The notes below the pieces were generated by a model, which saw nothing but the letters and a program-made list of their open reading frames with translations, was not told where the DNA came from and searched no databases. Below, piece after piece: positions 39,176 to 50,000 of a stretch of DNA of 58,870 nt; positions within the stretch are counted from its first letter, which is position 1, and each line of letters begins with the position of its first letter. The stretch is from Aplysia californica (lineage: Eukaryota): positions 2,084,592 through 2,143,461 of the forward strand of contig NW_004797280.1 in assembly GCF_000002075.1 (NCBI RefSeq), written 5' to 3'. The position numbers were made by a program, and so were the translations under genes.

Positions 39176-41408
39176 CCTCATTTTCATCTTTGCCTCTACT
39201 GATGCAAGGAACGCCTTCATAAAGCCAGGCTCAACCAGTCTTACCATCAAATAGACTTGTCGCAACACGTAATTGGTCTATTTAAAGATCAAGAAAATGT
39301 ATTAGTGCAAAAATCAAGTTAATAATAAATTGTAGGCATATTACTTAGATAAAATGTAACTCGCATAAAAATCATGATGGTTGGATAGGAAAAAATAAAA
39401 ACCTCTATAAAAATTGGAAGATCATGCTGCTGAACTGACCGTAGGGCAGAGGTGTGAATTTAGCATCTCATCAATATATTATATACATGTGACAAGTACG
39501 AAGTGTACCATTGATTAAATTGCCTTTAAAAATCTATGTTCTGGAGACATAATACAATGGAAGAAATCAATTAAAATCAAGAAAATGGATTCACACTTTC
39601 GCATAGCTTGATAAAAATAAATAGCTGCTATACAAACAGTGATAGTACTCACTAAACAGGTCAAAATACGTATGGATCCGAGGAGGATGTGGGAATGTGA
39701 CTGTCCAAGTATGAAAATGATTCATCAAGGATAAAAAGTGTAGTACAAGAAACTTTTGCAAAGCTGAGATGTGTGTCTCTTGAGGAGGACTGGCCACCAA
39801 TTTGTACACTTTCTAATAAAGTTGTTTCACTAATACCTGCATCCCTTGGTAATCTCTGACAAAGCTGAACTTGAACAATGAGGTGCTACAACAAAAATCA
39901 TTAGTGGACATATCCTGCTCAATTGCTGTCAAAATTTATAACATGCAAAAATCATTGGGACCTACATGGCCCCACTTTTCTGCATATGTACATATCTGCA
40001 TACGGTCAAACCATGTTATTAGTGTTATACCGATTACCTTGGGACGAGCATGAAGTTGGTGGCATTGCACGGCTGGCGGTAAAACAAGGTCTTCTCTTAA
40101 AAAGTAGAGTCTGCTCATCGTCAAAGGAAATAATTCTGCCATTACTAGATGAATAGCAATATCATAATGAAAGGGTTTACTGGCTTACTCGTACCAAATT
40201 GTACAGAAATAGCGAGTCATTGATTATTGTGATTTTGAAGGCCTTGCTTTAAAATTTATTTCCCTGATCAGTCAAGCATGAAAACTTTCTGCCATTTAGA
40301 CTAATGGTAGAAGACTGGTAGTGACAAACTGTGTGCAACCTCGCCTCATCTAGATCTATTTTCCACGATTGCTATGCACAGGGGAAAAACAATTATAAAA
40401 CAGTCACAGCTCCAGCTCAGCATTACATCATAAACACGAAAATTCAAATTGAAAACTACAGGAACTGCCAGATCTGAGGTTACTTGTCACTTGTCACACG
40501 CTTGCTGCCTGAGCTCTACAAGACAGGGCTGGGAGGTGGGATGGGCTGGCCGGGAGCAAAACAGCAACAAGCACCATCTCACAGAATCACGCGTGGGAGG
40601 ACCGGGAGGTTATCACTGTACGCACAGCTGCAGTGTGGGTGCCATGCTCTTTGTACAGTGTGTACTAACCTCTGACGGCCAGTTCACTGGCAATGTTGCC
40701 ACAAATTTACATTTGTTTAGTAAGGACCGTACAACTCAGGCTGTTGGCAGATGGCAGTTTAAAGAGGTTAATTGTTTGTATAGCATTCCTTTTCGTGCAC
40801 TTGCAAAATTTACTTTGAAAATGCCAAGTTCTCATACAATCAACAACAAACGATTTTAAAAAACTGTAAAGAATACAAATATTTTACATACATCTTCAGT
40901 TACATGAAAAAAGAGTTACTATTTGACCCTGCTTTCCAGGAAGAGCAAAAGAACACTTGTACTTAATTCCATAGAAAAAATAATTTTTTTCAACAGCTAT
41001 ATATACATGTAGGCTATAAAAAAAAGATACATAACAGAAGTCAGCCCAACAACAGCTTGAGAGTGTGGCAACAGGAAAAGAACACTCTCATAACTATTCT
41101 TTCACTTCAAAACAGGGAAAATTAGAATTATTAAGTATTCTCTGTGTTCATAACCAAAACAAAATTCCTCAACAACAAACGAGTAAGAACAATACACCAT
41201 CATAGTCATGTTGAGACAAAATTAAAATCTCTGCTATTCTGGGTTTTTTTATTACAGACAATGATGGTAAACAACATGTCTCAGTCCGATTATATTATCA
41301 GTTCATATACTCAAATCTTCTTACATTAACTCTTTCACTACCAGGAGGTTTTCCTCACCTGGACCGGGCCCCATCTATGACCTACTTTCTGATTCTGCCT
41401 ACCGTCGG

Positions 41409-42774
41409 CAGAGCTGCCAAGAGCCACGGAAATTCCAGGACAGCCACGGGAATGAGTGCCCACCGAACTTTTGTCCCGATAATTTTTTTAAAAACAAGAT
41501 CCCAGACGAGCAAAGTAATTATATGCCTGTCATTTTTTTTACCTGTACAAAGAGTAAATAATGACATCAATGTGGATTTATATTAGTCGAACCTGTGTAA
41601 GACGGCCACGCATTGTCGAGGGGAAAAGTGGCCGTAAAAGACAGGTGGCCGTCTTAAGCAGGACTGATCAAAATGAAGTAAACAAACCATTTACTCTTTA
41701 GGTCCCATCTGGAGGTGGTTGCATGCTTAGGACTCCCCTAGGGCTGATTAAAATGAGTTTTTGTTTTTGTTGTTGTTGTTTTATTTCTTTTGAAAGGGGG
41801 GAGAGGATAGGTCAAAACAAAACTAAATGTTTCAGACGAGGAAGGCCAAGTGTCATAGTAAAACAAAGAAATGGGTCGTCACCACTCGGCAAACAAGCAA
41901 CACTTCTGTCACGAGTTTCTGTTGATTTCTCTTGTTATGGACTGGGTTTACGATTGTGTTGTGGGCGGGCCTTATAGGTTATGACGGTTCACATGCTTCC
42001 CTTACCAGCAGCTGAAAATTTATTGTTACCCATTGGTCAACTTGGGTAAACTTTGGGAGTGACCTAAGCAACACAACAGTTTCATCCCTTGGAGGGACTG
42101 ACAACAACAACAGGTGAATGAATTATGACGCCTTGTCCACAACGTCAGGGGAAAATGCACAATTTTTGACAAAGTCTGGCTGTCTTAGACAGGTAGATTG
42201 GGTCCTGGGTTGATAAAATAGGGTGGCCGCGGCTGCGTTAGACAGGTGCCCGTTTTACAGTTAAATATTATTTAATAGAAAAAACGCAAGGGGGAAATGG
42301 AAAGTGGGCGTCATGGCAGCTTCGACTGTATTTTTTTTTCTTCAATTTATTAGTTTTGTTACCTTTGGCTTTAGATAATCATGAATTCTGGATTATTCAG
42401 CGGAAAGTAAACATTGCCCTGTGTCTACCCCTTGAATTATGCCACTATCAACCCTACCATCTACTTCAACATGCCAGCACAATCTCCAGAAAGCCTTCAG
42501 CTCCTGAGTACATCATCAGCAACTTTTTGAAAGTAAATGTTGCATGCACCTCCTCTAACTTATGATAAAGAGTATTTTCTGTATTTTAAACTTTAATAAC
42601 TCTGTTACCTGTTGTTACCCCTCTGTCATATGTTGGTCTCACTGTTTGTAAGAATTAGTTCTCACACTCATAGCTCTTTTTTTAGAATGTTTGTAGCGCG
42701 ATTACGCGCTGTACTGGATGTGCCACTGAAGTCATGGAAATATGTGAAAAGGTTTTTGATACTTGGCAGCTCTG
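41409..42774. mobile_element. hAT-like element with CAGAGCTGCCAAG TIR (middle element of the nest)
   Basis: Perfect 13-bp TIR; flanks CGTCGG / CGTAGG. Confidence 0.8.
41584..42328. mobile_element. pogo/Tigger-type MITE, family A, copy 2 (inner element of the nest)
   Basis: tagtcgaacctgtgtaagacggcc...gcttcgactg|ta; reverse-complement homologue of 4902-5718. Confidence 0.85.
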
Positions 42775-43074
42775 CGTAGGACAAAATAAAGATTTTGAGT
42801 TCAATTTTCAATTATATTAGCCACATGTATTATATATGAAAATAAAGGGGAAATAATTACCTATCTCAATATGTTGCTTAAAACAATCATTTTTCAGCCT
42901 GAAATTTCAGTTTCGATTGTTTCAAAAGTAGGTATAGTTTTGAAGCAGGAAGTGGCGAGGCTTGCGGTCCAGCGTCGGGAGTAAGACAGGCTGTGAAACA
43001 CGGCTCACGGTAGTGAAAGAGATAAATCCTAGTAACGCAATACACATGAACAAAACAAACTTAAAAAACAGTAT

Positions 43075-43597
43075 TGTTTGTTTAGTATAGGGTTTTACGG
43101 CGCTCGCAACTGCATAGGTCATATGAGCGCGCGGGACACACCTAATATTTTTCAGTTGGTAGGAAATTTGGAATTTTGCCCGGGTGGCGGCCGAAGCCTA
43201 CTCTTGTCGATTTTAGACCACCAAGGGATCTTTAACGTGCGCAACTTGCACACGGGCCCTCCGAGATTTTTCGCCCTTGTCTGAGAAGGCTAGGTGTAGA
43301 TCTTTCCTACCAGAAGATCAGGGGTGTGGCAGAAAGACAGCAGTTAGGAGGAGCCAAGGAGTAGCAGTAGAAAGGCTGCAGAAAGAGCCAGGAGCCCAGA
43401 GGAGGGGGCAAAGGAGGTGAGGGGGTGGGGGCAGAAAGTGGAAATGACAGCAGACAACAGAACATTGTTAGAGATCAGGAAAGGATGGGAAAGGAGACAA
43501 TTTTAGAGAAGAAAATTTTTTGGTCGCTACCCGGAATCGAACCCGGGACCTTTGAATGAGAGGCCAACACCTTAACCTCTAGGCCACGAGAGCCCCC
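43075..43597 (-). mobile_element. Full-length tRNA-derived SINE with a Deu/Nin-like core
   Basis: Head GGGGGCTCTCGTGGCCTAGAGG (A box)...GGTTCGATTCC (B box); core gcacgttaaagatccc...aagagtagg...ggcaaaattcc; 11-bp TSD AAAAACAGTAT at 43064-43074 and 43598-43608. Confidence 0.9.
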
Positions 43598-43849
43598 AAA
43601 AACAGTATGCATACGTTGTAAGTCACAAACTGCATATAAGAAATGAACAATAGCAGCCAGCTCTCCACCTCACCCCCCCTCCATATACATGTAATATGTG
43701 GTTACGGATTTCTGTAATAAGAATTGATGAAAGTGGAAACAAACTTACATTGTAACCCTTGAGCACATTTTAATCATTCGACAACAGTAAAACGGCACAA
43801 GGTAACATAAAAACCAAGGGAAATCATCAAAGTGATATAGGGTTACAAT

Positions 43850-45581
43850 CAGAGCTGTTAAAGCACCTTTAAAAAGGTACTTAAGTACAAATTTAAGTAC
43901 AGTCTAAAGTATGTACTTAAGTACAGTAAAAGTACTTTCCTGTAAAATATACTTTCCTGTAAAATGTACTTGAGCACAAGTACGTTTTAAAAAGTACTTA
44001 TGAGTACATCTTGAGTACTTTCTGCTAATGTGCTAAAACACTTCAGTGCTAATGCAAAATATCATATTGAATAACATATCTAGTATATTTGACAAATTAT
44101 GCTATTTATTACAAAAAATGTAAACAGTATACAAAACATTTGAATATACGCACTGAACGTAGAAGGAAATGGTCCGTGAAATTGAAAAAAACCCAAACAA
44201 ACAGACGCAACTACTGAGTAAGTGATATTATGAATAGAACTCGTTTGAGCAAAACAATATGATCAAATGTAAGTCAGTCCGAGAGGTTGGAAAGTTCTAC
44301 AGGAAAAGTATCCAACTTGGAAAATGTAGAGACAAAGTTGCTCTTAATCTTAAGAAAACATAACATTGATGAAAATGGCCAGGAAAGAAATGGAAAAGTA
44401 CATTGAATTCTTCATTAACATATCTTCAAGGAATCAATGTAGCCACCCAAAAAATGTTAAAAAGAAATTTAGGTAGCCTAAAAAATTGTTAGATATACAT
44501 AGAGAACTCAGTTTCAGTTTCAATCGATTATAATAGAGGTAAGACAGATTTTGGTCACACTGTGTAGTCTACGGCGCCCACGGCAAACAAAAATACATGT
44601 AGCTTCCAAGAGTCTAGTAAGTGTAGTGTAATCAAAGATTCTCTACTACAGTAGTCTCCGCCTAAGATCCCGGTGCTCGGGAGCAAGGGAAATCTGAGCC
44701 GACGAAGTCAAGGAAGAATCTACAGTGACCCATGAACTGACGTGACCCTTGAGTGGGTTTATGATGACATGAAGGCGAGCAAAGAATGGTCAACCTTGAT
44801 GACCATTCACAGTGGCATGAGGCATGCTATACACTCATTATCCTATTGTGAGTCTCGAGATCTGTATCTATGTTTATCCAGTTGCCCCTCCCCTTTACCT
44901 GTCCAAAAATTTTAGCTTTCTATCTCTGATTGAGTCCCCCCCCACCCCCCCCTGACTTTGTCGTTACACACCATTGCGTTGTGACCACACCAATTAAAAT
45001 TCAAAATTCAGAAATTCAGGCTGTCTCGAATAGAGAAAAACTGCCTTCAATGGTCAGGGAAGAGCTCACAGTTCCATGTGATCCTGCCTGCAGCGAACTT
45101 GTAGGCCCTACCCACCCAGGGAGTGATGTAAGTTTAGGTGGCGAGCTCAGATATGTGTGCGATGTTTGGAGAAAAGAAACGCATCGGTCAGTTCACACCT
45201 CGGTGTGATCCAGTCTGGGGCAAACATTGTACCGTTTCATGGAGTTTTACAACACTTGTGTGATCACATTCACGAGAGTGGCTGATCTTTAATGCGACGG
45301 GCCGTTTTTTAATTCAACTGTTAACTCTTGGTTGATTTGCAGTGCCTGCCTGGGTGTTTGTTCCGTAAATTATGATCAGAAATGCTGGCACTTACTCTTT
45401 CATTAAGCTTCAAAAGTACTCAAAATGTACTTTAAAAATACTCAAAAGTACTTTTATAAAAAGTATCAGAGTAGAGTAAAAGTACTGGTTCTCAAAATGT
45501 ACCAGAGTACAGTAAAAGTACAGTATATTGTAACGTAAGTACAAGTACCGGAGTACCTGTACTCCATGACAACCAGCTCTG
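43850..45581. mobile_element. Non-autonomous hAT element with AAGTAC subterminal repeats
   Basis: TIR CAGAGCTG...CAGCTCTG; 8-bp TSD GTTACAAT/GTTACAAC; clusters of AGTAC motifs at both ends. Confidence 0.85.
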
Positions 45582-45693
45582 GTTACAACTAGCTAACAAC
45601 TCAATAGCACATGACATGAAGTATGATGAGGATTTCAATTCCATGATGACTCTTAATTCAATGGCTTCGTTGTGCTATGCACGAATAGTGCTA

Positions 45694-46479
45694 CAGTGGA
45701 ACTCGGATTCAACGAGGTTGCTGGGCCTGACCTAAAATCTTGTTGAATCCAAGTGTTCATTATAGCAAATATGAGGTTTTCTATAGATCATTACAGGCAT
45801 TGAGCAAGTAATGTATAAAGAGAAATAACAAGCTGTACCTGAAATGCCTGCATAATATTAGCAGTGCAAAAAAAAAGTCTACTTCGTTTAAATGCCCGCC
45901 TGTGTCATCTCGATTGTTTGCCAAAAAGATGTGTTGCTGAGTAGAGCCTAGCGTACGCCAACTTTTGATTCCATAGACCAGCGCACAATTCATTACGTAG
46001 ATCTAGGTCAAGACTAGCTTATCATTGTAATATTGATCAGTCGTCGGGGGAAAAAAATAGTGACGCGTTTGCATCTGCGACGTTCCATGCCCGGACCGAT
46101 GATCCCACCACCCCCCCCCCCCAAACGCACAGTCATACGTGTGCAGGCCGCCTATCCGACCCAGACACACGCTAGGCCTAGCACAGACACACGCTCGTGC
46201 CAACAACGGTATGAAAGAAGACCATTGATTGGTCGCATTTAATCGGCTAAGTGAATAATGGTTCACGATGCAGGTGCAATGGATGGTTTCCGGGGATAAA
46301 GTTTGCTGAGGGAGAAAAATGAGCGAAGCCACGTCTGCGGGGGGTGTTCACCATGGCGACCCCGTTGAATCCGAGCTTGCTGATTTCAGTGCTCGTTAAA
46401 TCCGGGTTATTTTTCTTGATTTTAAAGAAGGAAAAAAAATGGGGAATCCATCTCCTCTCGTTGAATTCGAGTTCCACTG
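45694..46479. mobile_element. pogo/Tigger-type MITE, family B, copy 2
   Basis: TA|CAGTGGAACTCGGATTCAACGAG...CGAGTTCCACTG|TA. Confidence 0.9.
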
Positions 46480-46859
46480 TACATTATCATTAAGGAGTAT
46501 GGACAGAAATTCAACATTCCCTTAACATCACATTTCAAGGTTTATCCTCAGTCCTCAGTCTTGCCATTAGATTAAGAGTTTGAGTTTGAGCCTTCAAGGT
46601 GTTGTTGAGCCACTTCAAAACAATGATTTTGGAGAAGGAAATTACAAAATCTTAAAACAATTGATAAAACACGACTGGTCACTGAACAGAATGAAGTTTG
46701 CAAAATGTCAATGGTAACATTACAATAAAAATGTTCTGACAATTTTGTTATCAATGAACAACACATTATCACAATAGGAAATGCAGCCAGCTCCACCACA
46801 CAGAAAATCAGTCCCCACATAGGCCTACGGAACTGCTTGGTATAGAGAGTGACCCCAAT

Positions 46860-47032
46860 CTATTGGCTACCCTTTAGATCAGGCACACAGATCTGTCGCT
46901 CTCCTTCAGCCAGAAAAATCTTCAAAGCTTTCTGCAGAAGGAACACCCCCATCATTCTGCGTTGTTGCATGGACCAAGTAGATGCCAGTCCATAGAAATC
47001 TCCTCTTTTCATGTTGGTGACTTTATGAAGGC
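46860..47032 (-). CDS. ANKLE1: ANKLE1 last coding exon
   Basis: ttcag|GC...TAG; GLHKVTNMKRGDFYGLASTW...ALKIFLAEGERQICVPDLKGSQ*. Confidence 0.94.
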
Positions 47033-50000
47033 CTGAAAAGAGAAAAACAAAAACAAATTAAAAAGCCAATCAAGTATAGAGTAAGTCTGTTGGCTGGTGG
47101 TGAAACAACAGCCAGAATTTCTTAGGAATCAATACTTGTGGCCTGGACTTCCACACCAGTAAATTTGTGTGTGTGCATGACAAATGGGCCCATATATCAG
47201 CAAATTTTGAAACTGAGATAAAATGAATGATAACTAAACTTTCAACTAAAATCTGTGGATCAATGGAAAAAAAAGTTTCACATCAAAGAAGACATAAATT
47301 GTAGGGGGAACTGCTGCTTTTTCTTTCCTCATCCTTACTATCATCATTTTTCCTCTACTACTTTTGTATGTTTGTCACTCTCTTTTGAACTGCTATTTCC
47401 AGGGTGCTTTGATGGTCGAAGCAGATTTCGTGCTGTTGAGGCTAGAGAGGTGAGCAGAGTAAGCCTGATTCCTCATTTGGACTTCTCTGTTGACATCCAC
47501 CCCTTGGTGCTCATATGACCGTAGGCAATTGTGAGCACCGTAAAACCTTACTAAAACAACCTCTCAAAAAAAGCCCACTGGAAACAAAGTCTGGAACATT
47601 CCACTTTCGGGAATTACCAATTTGTAGGGAAGGTGCATCTCTATAAGAAGTGACCAACCCTGAACAAAAGCAGTAGTGCACAGAATTTTTAAAAAACAAA
47701 AAACAAATGGACATAAAAGAGTGTACACACCAATGGCTTCCAGCATGCAAGCTTCCCTAGTGTAAGCTTCCACGGGGATGACGGACTGGAAACAATGGAG
47801 AGAAACAGCACCCAGACCAGATTCCCAGATGTCCAGGATGTGCTGAACTTTAGCACTTTTCTGCAAAGTATAGAATAGATCCTTTTATTCATTAACAAAT
47901 TAAGAAGATGGATTAAAAAAAGACTGGGCCTAACAGCAACAATGAATTTATGCTGGTTCACTTTAAGATTTAAAAAAATAGCTATCAACAAATGTTTGAT
48001 TTACTGTTTTTTCATAGCCAGCTTGTGTCTTTTAACAATTTGCCCTCACATGGCTCATATATGGTAAAAACTCTTGCCATCAAAGGCAACAGCATTTGGG
48101 GGGAAATCCAAAGAAACTGAGTGGAAAACATCGCAGATCGGCCAGATGAGGCAGCAAAGTGTTAAAAGCACGCAGCTTAAAACATTCTGGAAGTTCCATT
48201 TTTTTTTTAAATACAAAAAAAACACAAAAAACATGCACATGGAATTCTGGACACTTACAAAGAAAAAAATATGCATGTATGACAGCCTGTATCATTTTGC
48301 TTACCTCCTGACAGTTTCATCAGATGTTCATGTGTATTGATCATAGACTCAAAATAATTCGGTGAACAATAAAAAAAATTTAAAAAACAGTTGTCCAAAT
48401 TCAAATCAACTTTTAAAAATCCCAATAAAGTAGCAGACAAGTATGAGAAATTAGATATGTAGTTTGCTTTAATTAATTTCTAAGCAAGTAGTAGTAATAC
48501 TACAGCTACATTATTACATTAAATATAATTAAATTTACCTTTCCTTCTTTGGCCCTTTTTGAAACTGCCTCATACAAATGACAGTACGGTCGGGCCCTTT
48601 TTCCCTTTCCCACATAGAAAATGGCACAAATAAAAGTCTTGAATATCTCTACTTCATCTGGAAAGGAAAGAAATGCAGAACAGATTATTAAGCGTATATA
48701 TGACTTAAAACAAAGTAAGAGAAAAGATTATTGTTCCTATGAATCAAAGAAATGGAGCACACATGATAGCTTTACAACTTTTTCAGGGAATAAACAGGTA
48801 AACGGGGGTAACAGCTAGATTATGATTTGGTACTGTCCGTTTTAGTGTCTGAGTAAACAAGTGGCATAACTGAGGCACCTTGAACTGCTCCACCACATTT
48901 TTTAATAATATCAGTTTAAAACTTCACAGTTATCATATGCTAGCTCCCAACTGCATTATTACGTTGCCATTCAAACTATATTTCAATATTTCAACACTTA
49001 AGACAAAGCTATAAAAGATCAAAAGTAAAACGGAAATTTTTAAAAAAAAAGTTCATTATGTTACGCAATAACAAAAAAAAATCACCCTGTAGCCACAAGT
49101 ATGACAGAGTTGCAGTCAAGTTAACCATGGGGTTTCAACTGATGGATCTTGAGACTCAAAAGAGTTAGTAGGCCTACTCTTCTCACAAACACAGGAAAAC
49201 TAGACATAGAAGTTGGTGAAGTGGAACAAAAGAGACACGACATACTCATTGCTTTTGCCCGTAATGGCAAGTTTTCAGTGACACGAGGGTCCAACAAGAG
49301 ATAGGTAAAGGATGATTTGGCAGTGCCTTCCCTCCAGTGACGACCATTGGTATTGCTAAAGGCTTGTACCATCTTCTGCTCCAGTTCTTCCAGACCAGAG
49401 CTGTCAAACTTGCCGTTCAACGCTTGTCGCAGTTCGCAGGGGAAATCTACACTCACACAAGGAGGAAAACAAAAGTAAACAATGAAAAACAAGTCAGGGC
49501 CTCGCGATACATAACAAAAGATTAAAATGTAAATGTACCCTACAAACAGTAGTTTAAAAAAAAAATCAAATTATTGAAGTAGAACCAAAAACCCAACAAA
49601 TTTAATGCAATTCACATGACCAAACATTTGATGTATCATACTACTGAGAGTTCTGAATCGACTTTGGAGGTTGCATGTAAACTGCGATTTATAATAAATG
49701 TAAACACATATTTGTATCAGTTCTGAAATTCACTTTTCTGGTCAAGAGTACTTCAAACCTTCAAACAATTAAAACAGCCCTAAAGAGAAATTTCTAAATT
49801 GAATCCTATCTTCAAACCATTTGCATCATCATCATGAACCCCTCACACTTGTTTCACACCCAACCTCTTCTGCTCCCTACTTAAGTCTACTAAGGAGAAC
49901 TTTTTTTAAAATGCAAGCTAAAGAAATAAGACAATAAAGTATATCTTCACAATAACAAATAGCATGTGTGTCTCACCTGGACATGTCTTGCAGATCTTCA

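Larger units (their letters stand above)
41330..43021. mobile_element. piggyBac-like MITE (outer element of a nest)
   Basis: TTAA|CTCTTTCACTACC...GGTAGTGAAAGAG|ATAA, perfect 13-bp TIR. Confidence 0.8.

Noticed and set aside
40449-40859. 136-aa ORF
   Set aside because: Non-ATG start, no recognisable domain and no convincing splice context.
43520-43597. tRNA gene (also 55696-55770)
   Set aside because: The acceptor and anticodon stems pair poorly, and the sequence is the head of a TSD-flanked SINE.
43860-44030. CRISPR-like array from AAGTAC repeats (also the GCAAG repeats at 4300-4410 and the repeats at 57060-57130)
   Set aside because: Short, irregularly spaced transposon subterminal motifs with no repeat-spacer structure, in eukaryotic DNA without cas genes.
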